Of a stretch of DNA of 64,000 nt, positions 1-9,253 are shown in pieces; position 1 is the stretch's first letter, and each line of letters opens with the position of its first letter. A program made the translations under genes and the position numbers. The stretch is taken from contig NZ_BAABFP010000002.1 in the NCBI RefSeq assembly GCF_039541115.1, positions 992,001 through 1,056,000 on the forward strand, given 5' to 3'. The stretch comes from Angustibacter luteus. Its GTDB lineage: Bacteria > Actinomycetota > Actinomycetes > Actinomycetales > Angustibacteraceae. A model generated the notes under the pieces. That model ran no database searches and had not been told where the DNA came from. It saw nothing but the letters and a program-made list of their open reading frames with translations.

Positions 1-53
1 ACAGGGCGATCTGCGTCATGCCCGACAGCAGACCACCCGGCACCGACAGTCGG

Positions 54-236
54 TCAGCGGTGCTGGCCCGGAGCGAGCCGCGCCAGCGCCTCGGCGGCGG
101 CCGCGTTGTGCCGGGCGATCGGCACGAGGACGCGCACGGCGTCCGAGGTCTGGCCGGTCTGGCGCACGGCCGCCGCGAAGGCGGTCGCGCCGATGAGGCC
201 GGCGGTGAGCTCTGTGACGTAGATGCTGAGGTCCAT
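54..236 (-). CDS. small hypothetical protein (60 aa, MDLSIYVTELTAGLIG...)
   Basis: ATG at 236 opens the natural-looking C-terminal part of ORF 54..902; divergent from the chelatase; no family recognised. Confidence 0.35.
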   Translation of the reverse strand: MDLSIYVTELTAGLIGATAFAAAVRQTGQTSDAVRVLVPIARHNAAAAEALARLAPGQHR

Positions 237-323
237 GGCAGTTCCGTATCGTCGGGGTTCGCTACCTGCTGGATCGGCCACCCGCGCAGCAGCCTTGAGG
301 ACTTCGCCCGTCACAATGGGCCC

Positions 324-1037
324 GTGAGCAACCCGGTGCTGGTCGCCTGCGCGCACGGCACGCGCGGCGCTGACGGCCGTCGCGCCGTCGGGACGCTCGT
401 CGCCGCGGTGCAGGCGGCACGGCCCGGGACGGTCGTGCGGGCCGCCTTCGTCGACGTCCAGGAGCCCACGGTCGCCCACGTCGTCCACGAGGTCACCGAC
501 GCGGGTTCGTCGGTCGTCGTCGTCCCGCTGCTGCTGTCCGCCGGCTACCACGTGGCGGTGGACATCGGGCGGGCCGTGCACGGCCGGGCGGCCACCGCGA
601 CGCCCGCGCTGGGCCCGGACGACCGGTTGACCGCACTGCTGCACGACCGGCTGCTCGCCGCGGGCACCGGGGACGAGGACGCCCTCGTGCTGGCCGCCGC
701 GGGGTCCAGCGACCCGGCAGCGGTGCGCGACGTCGAGCGGGTGGCCGCGGCGCTGGCCGCCCTGCACTCCGGTCCGGTCACGGTCGGGTACGCCGCCGCC
801 GCCAAGCCGTCGGTGACCGAGGCTGTCGAGACGGCCCGGCGCGAGCACCCCGGACGTCGGGTCGTCGTGGCCGCCTACCTGCTCGCCCCCGGCCACTTCC
901 ACCGCCGGCTCGGCGACGTCGGCGCGGACGTCCTCACCGCCGCGCTGCTGTCCGCCGCGGGCCCGCCGGACCCGCGGCTGGTCGAGATCGTCCTGGACCG
1001 CTATGACGCCGGCGTGCGCAGCCTGCTCAGAGACTGA
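324..1037 (+). CDS. sirohydrochlorin chelatase (CbiX/SirB family)
   Basis: LVACAHGTR, AAFVDVQEP, VPLLLSAGYHV, LLAPGHF motifs; GTG 324 follows a CACAAT -10-like box. Confidence 0.85.
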   Translation: MSNPVLVACAHGTRGADGRRAVGTLVAAVQAARPGTVVRAAFVDVQEPTVAHVVHEVTDAGSSVVVVPLLLSAGYHVAVDIGRAVHGRAATATPALGPDDRLTALLHDRLLAAGTGDEDALVLAAAGSSDPAAVRDVERVAAALAALHSGPVTVGYAAAAKPSVTEAVETARREHPGRRVVVAAYLLAPGHFHRRLGDVGADVLTAALLSAAGPPDPRLVEIVLDRYDAGVRSLLRD

Positions 1038-2076
1038 GCCCGACCAGCACCGGCTCGTTGACCAGCGTCACGGCAAACTCGTCCTGCACGCCGTCCCGCA
1101 CCACCCGGGCCAGCGCCACCAGCTCGGCCGCCGAGGCACCGCCACGGTTCGTCACCGCGAGCGTGTGCTTGGTCGAGAGCGCGACCCGTCCCGGCAACCC
1201 GAAGCCCTTGCCGAAGCCGGCCCGCTCGATCAGCCACGCGGCACTCGTCTTGGTGCCGGCGTCCTCCGGCCAGGCCGGCGGCTCGACGTCCGGCCCGAGG
1301 CGCTCGCGCACCCGCTCGCGCAGCCGCTCGAAGTCCGTCGCGGACAGGATCGGGTTGGTGAAGAACGACCCCGCGCTCCAGGTGTCGTGGTCCTCGGCGT
1401 CCAGCACCATGCCCCGGCGGCGGCGCTGCTCGAGCACGGCCTGCCGGGCGTCGGCGAGCGGGACCCGGCCACCCACCTCGACGCCGAGGCCCTGGGCCAG
1501 GTCGCGGTAGCCGATCGGTGCGGACAGGTCACCCAGCCGCAGCTGGAACAGCACGTCCAGCACCACGAAGCGGTCGGTGCCCTTGAACGCGCTGTGCCGG
1601 TAGGTGAACCGGCAGTCCGCGTTGGCCACGGTGACCACCTGCTGGCCGAACCGGTCCCACACCCGCACCTGGGCGATCGTCTGGGAGACCTCCTGGCCGT
1701 ACGCGCCGACGTTCTGCACCGGCGTGGCGCCGACCGAGCCGGGGATGCCGGACAGCGCCTCGATGCCCACCCAGCCCTCGTCGGCGGCGCGGGCCACCAG
1801 GTCGTCCCAGGGCTCCCCCGCGGCGACCCGCACGTTCACCCCGCCGCAGCCGTCGGCCGACTCCACCACGACCCCGGACGACGCGACCCGGACGACGGTG
1901 CCGGGCACCGGCTCGTCGCTGACCAGCAGGTTCGAGCCGCCGGCCAGCAGCAGCAGCGACTCGTCGGCGTCGTCGACCTCGCGGACGGCGTCCACCAGCT
2001 CGTCGGTCGTGGACGCCGTGACCAGCCGCTCCGGCTCCCCGCCCACCCGCAGCGTGGTGAGCTCGGCCAGCCTCAC
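1027..2076 (-). CDS. murB: UDP-N-acetylenolpyruvoylglucosamine reductase
   Basis: GGSNLLVSD, GIPGSVGATPVQNVGAYG, SAGSFFTNP, KHTLAVTN, final EP motif. Confidence 0.96.
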   Translation of the reverse strand: MRLAELTTLRVGGEPERLVTASTTDELVDAVREVDDADESLLLLAGGSNLLVSDEPVPGTVVRVASSGVVVESADGCGGVNVRVAAGEPWDDLVARAADEGWVGIEALSGIPGSVGATPVQNVGAYGQEVSQTIAQVRVWDRFGQQVVTVANADCRFTYRHSAFKGTDRFVVLDVLFQLRLGDLSAPIGYRDLAQGLGVEVGGRVPLADARQAVLEQRRRRGMVLDAEDHDTWSAGSFFTNPILSATDFERLRERVRERLGPDVEPPAWPEDAGTKTSAAWLIERAGFGKGFGLPGRVALSTKHTLAVTNRGGASAAELVALARVVRDGVQDEFAVTLVNEPVLVGLSL

Positions 2077-3257
2077 GGCGTCCGCTCCTGGATCGGCTCA
2101 CGGGCCGCGGCGACCACCAGCAGGCCCAGCACCAGCGCACCGAGCACGACGTACAGCGCCCTCAGCACGCCGACGTGGTCGGCCAGGAAGCCGATCAGTG
2201 GTGGGCCGGCCAGGAACGCCGTGTACCCGATCGAGGCCACCACACTGACCCGGGCCGCGGCGTGCTCGGGGTCGTCCGCGGCGGCGCTCATGCCGACCGG
2301 GAAGCCCAGCGAGGCCCCCAGACCCCAGAGCACCGTCCCCACCACCGCCACCGGCACCGACCCGCCGATGATCACCATGAGCAGCCCGGCCGCCGCCAGT
2401 GCCGCGGTGACCCGCAGCACCGGCACCCGCCCGAAGCGGTCGAGCATCCGGGTGCCGAGCAGGCGCCCCACCGTCATGGAGCTGACGAAGACCGCGAAGC
2501 CGAGCACCGCGTGCGCGTTCGAGACGTCGTAGCCGTCCCGGAAGGCCAGCGCGAGCCAGTCGTTCGCCGAGCCCTCGGTGAACGCGAACGCCAGCACCAG
2601 CAGCCCGATCGCGAGCGTGCGCGGCTCGAGCCACGCCTGCATCGGGTGCCGGCGCTCCTTCGGCCGGTCGTGGGTGAGCGCCTCGACCACCTCGGCCTCG
2701 GGCAGGAACGACCCGCACGCCACCTGGGTCAGCACCGCGGCCACCACCGCGACGGCCGCGAGGTGCGCGGCGGTGGACAGGTCGATCGCGTTGGCCCAGG
2801 CGCCGAGCAGCGCTCCGACGACCGTGCCGATGCTGAACGCCGCGTGGAAGTGCGGCATGATCGCCCGGCCCAGCCGCCGCTCGACCTCGGCGCCCTCGAC
2901 GTTCATCGCGACGTCCCAGGAGCCGGACCCGAAGCCCACCAGGAACAGTCCGGGCGCCAGGACGGCCACCGAGTCGGCCAGGCCGACGAGGAGTAGCCCG
3001 GTCGCGCAGACGACGGAGGCGACCCGCACCGTCCCGGCCGCGCCGATCCGGACGACGACCGCGCCGGTCAGCGGCAGGGCCAGCACGGCCCCGCCGGACA
3101 TCGCGAGCAGGATCAGGCCCAGGCTCGAGGAGGACAGGCCGAGGCTGTCGCGGATCGCCGGGATGCGCGAGATCCAGGTGGCCATGATCAGGCCGTTGAG
3201 CAGGAAGACGCTCGTGACGGCGACCCGGGCGCGGGCCGCCCCGGGCGCCGGGGTCAT
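2073..3257 (-). CDS. MFS transporter
   Basis: about 12 hydrophobic segments, DVAMN and DRFGR motifs; overlaps murB start. Confidence 0.88.
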   Translation of the reverse strand: MTPAPGAARARVAVTSVFLLNGLIMATWISRIPAIRDSLGLSSSSLGLILLAMSGGAVLALPLTGAVVVRIGAAGTVRVASVVCATGLLLVGLADSVAVLAPGLFLVGFGSGSWDVAMNVEGAEVERRLGRAIMPHFHAAFSIGTVVGALLGAWANAIDLSTAAHLAAVAVVAAVLTQVACGSFLPEAEVVEALTHDRPKERRHPMQAWLEPRTLAIGLLVLAFAFTEGSANDWLALAFRDGYDVSNAHAVLGFAVFVSSMTVGRLLGTRMLDRFGRVPVLRVTAALAAAGLLMVIIGGSVPVAVVGTVLWGLGASLGFPVGMSAAADDPEHAAARVSVVASIGYTAFLAGPPLIGFLADHVGVLRALYVVLGALVLGLLVVAAAREPIQERTP

Positions 3258-3703
3258 GCGAGTCGGACGACGGCTCGCGCGCGCCCCAGGACGGTGAGCG
3301 CCGCGCCGTCCGGTCCGGGCGTGGTGGCGGTCAGGTCGATCCGGGCGGTCCGCGCCTCGTCGTCCAGGACCGCCACCTTCCCGGCGACCGTGACCTGCGC
3401 GCCCTCGACGTCGTCCACCGGGACGGGCTTGGTGAACCGCACGCCGTACTGGACGACGGCACCGGGGTCGCCGACCCAGTCCACGACCAGGCGCACGGCC
3501 GTGGCCATGGTGAGCATGCCGTGCGCGATGACGCCGGGCAGGCCGACCTCGCGGGCGAACCGCTCGTTCCAGTGGATCGGGTTGAAGTCGCCGCTGGCGC
3601 CGGCGTACCGGACCAGGTCGGCGCGGGTCAGCGTGAACGTGTGCTCGGGCAGCTCGTCGCCGACCGCGAGGCCGTCGAACGTGGGCGCGGTGGTCTGGGT
3701 CAT
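3254..3703 (-). CDS. MaoC-family hotdog dehydratase (HadB-like)
   Basis: YAGASGDFNPIHW...VIAHGM hydratase motif; TGATG coupling to upstream gene. Confidence 0.92.
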   Translation of the reverse strand: MTQTTAPTFDGLAVGDELPEHTFTLTRADLVRYAGASGDFNPIHWNERFAREVGLPGVIAHGMLTMATAVRLVVDWVGDPGAVVQYGVRFTKPVPVDDVEGAQVTVAGKVAVLDDEARTARIDLTATTPGPDGAALTVLGRARAVVRLA

Positions 3704-4143
3704 CACTCGCCTCCGCGGACGACGATCGTGGAGACGGCCGTGCAGACCGCCTCGCCGGACTCGGTGGAGATCTCGCTGCGGGTGGTCACCATGGAGTGGC
3801 CGCCGGCCGAGCGCACGCTGTCGACGTGCAGCACGGCCACCAGCCGGTCACCGGCCACGATGGGCCGGTGGTGGGTGAAGGTCTGCTCGCCGTGCACGAC
3901 GCGGCTGAAGTCGATGCCGGCCTCGGGGTCGCGGACCAGCTGGGCGTCGCAGCGCTGGGCGACGATCACGGCGAACGTGGTCGGGGCGATGACGTCGGGG
4001 TAGCCGAGCGCGCGGGCGGCGTCGGCGTCCGTGCTCGCCGGGTGCGCGCCGGTCGCCTCGGCGAACTCGCGGATCTTCTCGCGGCCGACCTCGTAGGGGG
4101 GCGTGGGCGGGTACTGCCGCCCCGCGACGGCTGGGTTCACCAT
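3703..4143 (-). CDS. MaoC N-terminal-type dehydratase partner (HadA-like)
   Basis: YEVGREKIREFA, APTTF, VVHGEQ motifs; typical position after rpmG; TAGCGT -10 seven nt before ATG 4143. Confidence 0.9.
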   Translation of the reverse strand: MVNPAVAGRQYPPTPPYEVGREKIREFAEATGAHPASTDADAARALGYPDVIAPTTFAVIVAQRCDAQLVRDPEAGIDFSRVVHGEQTFTHHRPIVAGDRLVAVLHVDSVRSAGGHSMVTTRSEISTESGEAVCTAVSTIVVRGGE

Positions 4144-4179
4144 GGCGCTCACGCTACCGGCAGGCCCGGACACGACGAA

Positions 4180-4207
4180 GCGGCCGCCCCCTGGTGGGGA
4201 CGGCCGC
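4180..4207 (-). terminator. GC-rich hairpin downstream of rpmG
   Basis: minus strand GCGGCCGTCCCC-ACCA-GGGGGCGGCCGC followed by TTCGT. Confidence 0.55.
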
Positions 4208-4234
4208 CATCGACGTCGTGTGCGTGGACCGTGG

Positions 4235-4405
4235 TCAGCGGGTCTCGCGGTGCACCGTGTGGCGCTTCTCGCGGCGGCAGTACTTCTTGAGCTCGAGCCG
4301 GTCGGGGTCGTTGCGCCGGTTCTTCTTGGTGATGTAGTTGCGCTCCTTGCACTCCGTGCACGCCAGAGTGATCTTGGGGCGGACGTCGGTGGACTTGCTG
4401 GCCAC
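4235..4405 (-). CDS. rpmG: 50S ribosomal protein L33
   Basis: [37 protein letters not shown]...HRETR. Confidence 0.97.
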   Translation of the reverse strand: MASKSTDVRPKITLACTECKERNYITKKNRRNDPDRLELKKYCRREKRHTVHRETR

Positions 4406-4486
4406 GGGACTACTCACTTTCGAAGGTCTTCGGACTAAGACAACTGCACAAGGGTACGTGAGGAGTGGTCTGCTCTCCAAACGGCC

Positions 4487-4563
4487 TGGTAGCGAGGGCG
4501 GGACTCGAACCCGCGACACCACGATTATGAGTCGTGTGCTCTAACCACCTGAGCTACCCCGCC
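4487..4563 (-). tRNA. tRNA-Met (CAT), probably elongator
   Basis: GGCGGGGTAGCTCAGGTGGTTAGAGC...CTCATAA...GGTTCGAGTCC...CTCGCTACCA; CCA encoded. Confidence 0.93.
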
Positions 4564-4571
4564 AATGCGGG

Positions 4572-4598
4572 CCCCGCCGCCCGGATCGGGCGGCGGGG
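4572..4598. other. 11-bp perfect hairpin in the tRNA-Thr/tRNA-Met spacer
   Basis: CCCCGCCGCCC-GGATC-GGGCGGCGGGG. Confidence 0.7.
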
Positions 4599-4607
4599 AC
4601 CCACCAG

Positions 4608-4680
4608 AGCCCCAATACGGAATCGAACCGTAGACCTTCTCCTTACCATGGAGACGCTCTACCGACTGAGCTATTGGGGC
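4608..4680 (-). tRNA. tRNA-Thr (GGT)
   Basis: GCCCCAATAGCTCAGTCGGTAGAGC...ATGGTAA...GGTTCGATTCC...TTGGGGCT; CCA not encoded. Confidence 0.95.
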
Positions 4681-4726
4681 AGCGCGACGAGCGTACACGG
4701 TGCTGAGCCGGGGGGAGAAATCGGCT

Positions 4727-4825
4727 CCGCCACCCAGCCCGCTTTCCGCCTCTGAGGCCGGAATCACGCGCGGAAAACCGGCCTGAGTGGCGGAAACCGG
4801 CGTGAGTGGCGGAAGTGGGTCAGTG
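4727..4825. repeat. REP-like cluster of degenerate ~19-20 bp repeats
   Basis: direct copies GCGGAAAACCGGCCTGAGTG, GCGGAAACCGGCGTGAGTG, GCGGAAGTGGGTCAGTG, plus an inverted degenerate copy at 4727-4749. Confidence 0.55.
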
Positions 4826-5434
4826 GCCGGCCAGGAGCTGCTCGAACGGGGTCGGGTCGTCGAAAGGGTCGACCCGCTCGACCCGCGGGCGGCCCGTGAC
4901 GGCGGCCGCCAGCTCACCGCCGGCCCGCTCGACCCGGGCGGACAGGCTGGACGGCAGGCTCCCCCCGCCCCAGTCCTCCGTGGCCGCGAACACCGCGGTC
5001 GGCACGACGTCCGCGCGCAGGTAGGCGAACAGCGGCCGCAGGGCGAAGTCCAGTGCCAGCGAGTGCCGCGCGGTGCCGCCGGTGGCGGCCAGCAGGACCG
5101 GCGTGCCACCCAGCGAGCCCTCGTCCAGCACGTCGAAGAACGTCTTGAACAGCCCGCTGTAGGAGGCGTTGAAGATCGGGGTCACGGCGACGACCGCGTC
5201 CGCGGCGGCGACGGCGTCCACCGCCTCGCGCAGCGCGGGCGGCGGGAAGCCGGTCAGCAGGTGGTTGGCCAGGTCGTGCGCGAGCTCACGCAGCTCGACG
5301 ACCCGGACGTCGACGTCCTGGCCGTGCGCCGCGAGCGCCGTGACGGTCGCCTGGGAGAGCCGGTCGGCCAGCAGTCGGGTGGACGACGGCTGGCTGAGTC
5401 CGGCGCTCACGACGACCAGGGAGCGGCGGCTCAT
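4820..5434 (-). CDS. NAD(P)H-dependent FMN reductase (CE1759-like)
   Basis: SAGLSQPSSTRLL, TPIFNASYSGLFK, ATGGTARH motifs; coupled to LLM gene. Confidence 0.92.
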   Translation of the reverse strand: MSRRSLVVVSAGLSQPSSTRLLADRLSQATVTALAAHGQDVDVRVVELRELAHDLANHLLTGFPPPALREAVDAVAAADAVVAVTPIFNASYSGLFKTFFDVLDEGSLGGTPVLLAATGGTARHSLALDFALRPLFAYLRADVVPTAVFAATEDWGGGSLPSSLSARVERAGGELAAAVTGRPRVERVDPFDDPTPFEQLLAGH

Positions 5435-6540
5435 ACGGCCACCGCCTCGGCCTGCTCAGCGGACTCGGTCTGCGCAGCGGCGAGCAGCGAGGCGTGGGTC
5501 GGCGCGTCCGGCACGTGCGACGGGCGGCCGATCGCGAGCTCCCGGCGCAGCACGGGCACGACCTCCTCGCCGAGGATGTCCAGCTGCTCGAGGACGGTCT
5601 TGAGCGGCAGGCCCGCGTGGTCCATGAGGAAGAGCTGGCGCTGGTAGTCGCCGACCACGTCGCGCATGCCGGCGTAGCGGTCGATGACCTCCTGCGGGCT
5701 GCCGACGGTCAGCGGCGTCTGCGCGGTGAAGTCCTCCATCGACGGGCCGTGGCCGTAGACCGGGGCGTTGTCGAAGTAGGGCCGGAACTCGCGCTTGGCG
5801 TCCTGGCTGTTGGCGCGCATGAAGACCTGGCCGCCGAGGCCGACGATGGCCTGGTCCGCCTGGCCGTGGCCGTAGTGCTCGAAGCGGCGGCGGTAGAGCG
5901 CGACCATCTGCTGGGTGTGCTCCAGCGGCCAGAAGATGTTGTTGTGGAAGAAGCCGTCGCCGTAGTAGGCGGCCTGCTCGGCGATCTCGGGGCTCCGGAT
6001 GGAGCCGTGCCAGACGAACGGCGGCACGCCGTCCAGCGGCCGGGGTGTCGAGGTGAAGCCCTGCAGCGGCGTCCGGTACGAGCCCTGCCAGTCGACGACG
6101 TCCTCGCGCCACAGCCGGCGCAGCAGGGCGTAGTTCTCGACGGCCAGGTTCAGGCCGTCCCGGATGTCCTTGCCGAACCACGGGTAGACGGGGCCGGTGT
6201 TGCCGCGGCCCATCATCAGGTCGACCCGGCCGCCGGCCAGGTGCTGCAGCATCGCGTAGTCCTCGGCGATCTTCACCGGGTCGTTGGTGGTGATCAGCGT
6301 CGTGGACGTCGACAGGACGATCCGCTCGGTCTGCGCGGCCAGGAAGCCGAGCATCGTCGTCGGGGACGACGGCACGAACGGCGGGTTGTGGTGCTCACCG
6401 GTGGCGAAGACGTCGAGCCCGACCTCCTCGGCCTTCCTCGCGATGGTCACCATCGCCTGGATCCGCTCCGCCTCCGTGGGCGTGCGACCCGTCGTGGGGT
6501 CCGGCGTGACGTCGCCGACGGTGAAGATCCCGAACTGCAT
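5431..6540 (-). CDS. luciferase-like (LLM) flavin monooxygenase (CE1758-like)
   Basis: MQFGIFTVGD, GEHHNPPF, VWHGSIRSPE. Confidence 0.93.
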   Translation of the reverse strand: MQFGIFTVGDVTPDPTTGRTPTEAERIQAMVTIARKAEEVGLDVFATGEHHNPPFVPSSPTTMLGFLAAQTERIVLSTSTTLITTNDPVKIAEDYAMLQHLAGGRVDLMMGRGNTGPVYPWFGKDIRDGLNLAVENYALLRRLWREDVVDWQGSYRTPLQGFTSTPRPLDGVPPFVWHGSIRSPEIAEQAAYYGDGFFHNNIFWPLEHTQQMVALYRRRFEHYGHGQADQAIVGLGGQVFMRANSQDAKREFRPYFDNAPVYGHGPSMEDFTAQTPLTVGSPQEVIDRYAGMRDVVGDYQRQLFLMDHAGLPLKTVLEQLDILGEEVVPVLRRELAIGRPSHVPDAPTHASLLAAAQTESAEQAEAVAV

Positions 6541-6554
6541 GTGGCGCTCCTTAG

Positions 6555-6572
6555 TTGTTGCTCACTCAACTA
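6555..6572. promoter_or_regulatory. AT-rich imperfect palindrome upstream of the LLM gene, candidate repressor operator
   Basis: TTGTTGCTCACTCAACTA (GTTG-N6-CAAC) in GC-rich context; cognate regulator not identified. Confidence 0.35.
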
Positions 6573-6604
6573 TATGGAGCGGGCCACCATTCCCGGGACG
6601 GCCT

Positions 6605-7822
6605 TCAGCCGCGCTGCCAGCGCGACACGTGGGCCGGGGTGAGCTCCTCGACCGACTGCACGCCGAGCAGCCCCATGGTGCGCACGATCTCGCTGCTCAG
6701 GATCGTGATGGCCCGGTCGACGCCGGCGCGCCCGCCGGCCATCAGCCCGTACAGGTAGGCCCGCCCGATCAGCGTGAAGGTCGCCCCGCAGGCCAGCGCG
6801 GCGACGATGTCCTGGCCGCTGGTGATCCCGGTGTCCAGGTGCACCTCGACGTCCTTGCCGACCTCGCGGACGACGTCCGGCAGCAGGTGGAAGGGGACCG
6901 GCGCGCGGTCGAGCTGACGGCCACCGTGGTTGGACAGCAGCACCGCGTCGACGCCGACGTCCGCGCAGCGCCGGGCGTCGTCCACGGTCTGCACGCCCTT
7001 GACCACGACCTTGCCGGGCCACTGGGACTTGATCCACGCCAGGTCCTGGTAGGTGACCGTCGGGTCGAACATCGTGGTGAGCAGCTCGGCGACGGTGCCC
7101 GACCAGCGGTCCAGCGAGGCGAACGAGAGCGGTTCGGTGGTCAGGAAGTTGACCCACCAGGCGGGGCGCGGGATCGCGTTGACGACCGTGCGCGGGGTCA
7201 GGGTGGGCGGGATGGTCATCCCGTTGCGGACGTCGCGCAGGCGGTTCCCGGCCACCGGGACGTCGACGGTGACCAGCAGCGTGTCGAAGCCCGCCGCGGC
7301 AGCCCGCTCGACCAGCGCCATGGAGCGGTCCCGGTCCTTCCACATGTACAGCTGGAACCAGTTGCGGCCGTGCGGGGCGGCGACGGCGACGTCCTCGATC
7401 GACGTGGTTCCCATGGTGGACAACGCGTACGGGATCCCGGCCGCCTCCGCCGCGGTCGCGCCGGCGATCTCGCCCTCGGTCTGCATCATCCGGGTGAAAC
7501 CGGTGGGCGCGATGCCGAACGGCAGCGCCGACGTGCGGCCCAGTACCTGCACCGACGGATCCACCTTCGAGACGTCGCGCAGGATCGCGGGGTGGAACGT
7601 GATGTCCGCGAAGGCCTGCCGGGCCCGGGCCAGCGTCACCTCGCCGTCCGCCGAGCCGTCCGTGTAGTCGAACGCCGCCCGCGGGGTGCGGCGCTTGGCA
7701 ACCGCCCGCAGGTCGGCGATCGTGTGGCAGCGCTCCAGCCGGCGCGTGGTCGCGTCCAGCGTGGGCGGCTTGAACCGCATCAGCGGAGCGAGGTCGTGCG
7801 GCTTCGGTACGCGACGCTTCAC
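6605..7822 (-). CDS. lldD: FMN-dependent L-lactate dehydrogenase (alpha-hydroxy acid dehydrogenase)
   Basis: [20 protein letters not shown]; last gene of rhamnose operon. Confidence 0.88.
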   Translation of the reverse strand: MKRRVPKPHDLAPLMRFKPPTLDATTRRLERCHTIADLRAVAKRRTPRAAFDYTDGSADGEVTLARARQAFADITFHPAILRDVSKVDPSVQVLGRTSALPFGIAPTGFTRMMQTEGEIAGATAAEAAGIPYALSTMGTTSIEDVAVAAPHGRNWFQLYMWKDRDRSMALVERAAAAGFDTLLVTVDVPVAGNRLRDVRNGMTIPPTLTPRTVVNAIPRPAWWVNFLTTEPLSFASLDRWSGTVAELLTTMFDPTVTYQDLAWIKSQWPGKVVVKGVQTVDDARRCADVGVDAVLLSNHGGRQLDRAPVPFHLLPDVVREVGKDVEVHLDTGITSGQDIVAALACGATFTLIGRAYLYGLMAGGRAGVDRAITILSSEIVRTMGLLGVQSVEELTPAHVSRWQRG

Positions 7823-9249
7823 GTCGTGGACCCCTTCCCTGGGAGGTACCGGGTGGTCGGCTGGGTCTGGCGGACCAGGGCGCGCAGCATGTCCAGGTCA
7901 CCGGCCAGGGCGCCCACTGCCCTGGCCTGCACCAGCACGTTACCGATCGCGGTGGCCTCGACCGGTCCGGCGAGCACCGGCCGCCCGGTGCGATCGGCGG
8001 TCGACTGGCAGAGGCTGCGGTTCACCGACCCACCTCCGACCACGTGCACGACCCGGACCTGCTGACCGGAAAGGCGTTGCGCCTGCTCGACCGCGTCGGC
8101 GAAGGCCTGCGCCAGGCTCTCCACGATGCAGCGCACGAGCTCGGGCCGCGACTCGGGTGGACGGTGCCCGCGCTCGACGTACCAGTCCACGATCCGCGCC
8201 GGCACGTCGCCGGGAGCCAGGAACCGCTCGTCCTGGACGTCGAACACGACCACCGAGGCGCTGACCTGGTCCGCCTGACGCAGCAGCGCCGGCAGATCCA
8301 CCCGCTCACCGGCCCGCTCCCACTCGCGCACCGACTCGTTGAGCAGCCACAGACCCATCACGTTCGTCAGGTAGCGGACCCGGCCGTCGACGCCGCGCTC
8401 GTTGGTGAAGCGGGCCGCCCGGCCGGCCTCGGTCAGCACCGCGTGCTCGAGCTCGACCCCGACCAGACCCCAGGTGCCGCAAGAGATGTACGCCGCGTCA
8501 GCGGACTCCATCGGCACCCCGACGACCGCCGACGCGGTGTCGTGCGAGCCGACCGCATGGACCGGGACGTCGGACCCGACCTGGGCGGCCACGCCGGGCA
8601 GCAGCGGTCCGACCGTGTCCCCGGCGTCGACCAGCTCGCCGAAGAGGCGCCGCGGCAGGGCGAGCCGACCGATCAGGTCCTCGTCCCAGCGGCCGGTCGC
8701 GACGTCGAGCAGCCCGGTGGTCGAGGCGTTCGTCCGCTCGGTGGTCGACCGGCCGGTCAGCCAGGCGGTGATCAGGTCGGGGATGAGCAGCAGACCGTCC
8801 GCGACGTCCGTCAGCGGGTCGGCTGCGAGCTGGTAGAGCGTGTTGAACGGCAGGAACTGCAGGCCGTTGCGCTGGTACAGCTCCTCGGGGGAGACCCGTG
8901 CGTGCACCCGGTCGACACCGACCTGCGTGCGAGCATCGCGGTAGTGGAACGGCACGCCGAGCATCCGGCCGCCGCGCAGCAGGGCGTAGTCCACCGCCCA
9001 GGAGTCGACGGCGGCACCGTGCAGACCGTCCGGGGACGCTGCCGCCGCGGCCCGCAGGCCGAGCAGGACGTTGCGGTACAGCTCGAGCGGGTTCCAGTGC
9101 AGGCCCGAGGGCAGGGTCACCGGGTCGTTCGGGAACCGGGCCACCGCTTCGAGATCCAGCTCGTCCGGCCCTACCCGAGCGAGCACCACCCGGCCGCTCG
9201 AGGCACCGAGGTCGATCGCCGCGAGCGACGACACGGAGGTCACGGCCAC
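7819..9249 (-). CDS. rhaB: rhamnulokinase
   Basis: [39 protein letters not shown]. Confidence 0.93.
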   Translation of the reverse strand: MAVTSVSSLAAIDLGASSGRVVLARVGPDELDLEAVARFPNDPVTLPSGLHWNPLELYRNVLLGLRAAAAASPDGLHGAAVDSWAVDYALLRGGRMLGVPFHYRDARTQVGVDRVHARVSPEELYQRNGLQFLPFNTLYQLAADPLTDVADGLLLIPDLITAWLTGRSTTERTNASTTGLLDVATGRWDEDLIGRLALPRRLFGELVDAGDTVGPLLPGVAAQVGSDVPVHAVGSHDTASAVVGVPMESADAAYISCGTWGLVGVELEHAVLTEAGRAARFTNERGVDGRVRYLTNVMGLWLLNESVREWERAGERVDLPALLRQADQVSASVVVFDVQDERFLAPGDVPARIVDWYVERGHRPPESRPELVRCIVESLAQAFADAVEQAQRLSGQQVRVVHVVGGGSVNRSLCQSTADRTGRPVLAGPVEATAIGNVLVQARAVGALAGDLDMLRALVRQTQPTTRYLPGKGSTT

Positions 9250-9253
9250 GGCG

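Noticed and set aside
237..323. Cobalamin riboswitch upstream of the chelatase
   Set aside because: The region is too short and no B12-box was recognised.
4487..4563. Initiator tRNA-fMet
   Set aside because: Lacks the C1:A72-type mismatch and the three consecutive G-C anticodon-stem pairs; tRNA-Ile2 is not strictly excluded but elongator Met fits the locus.
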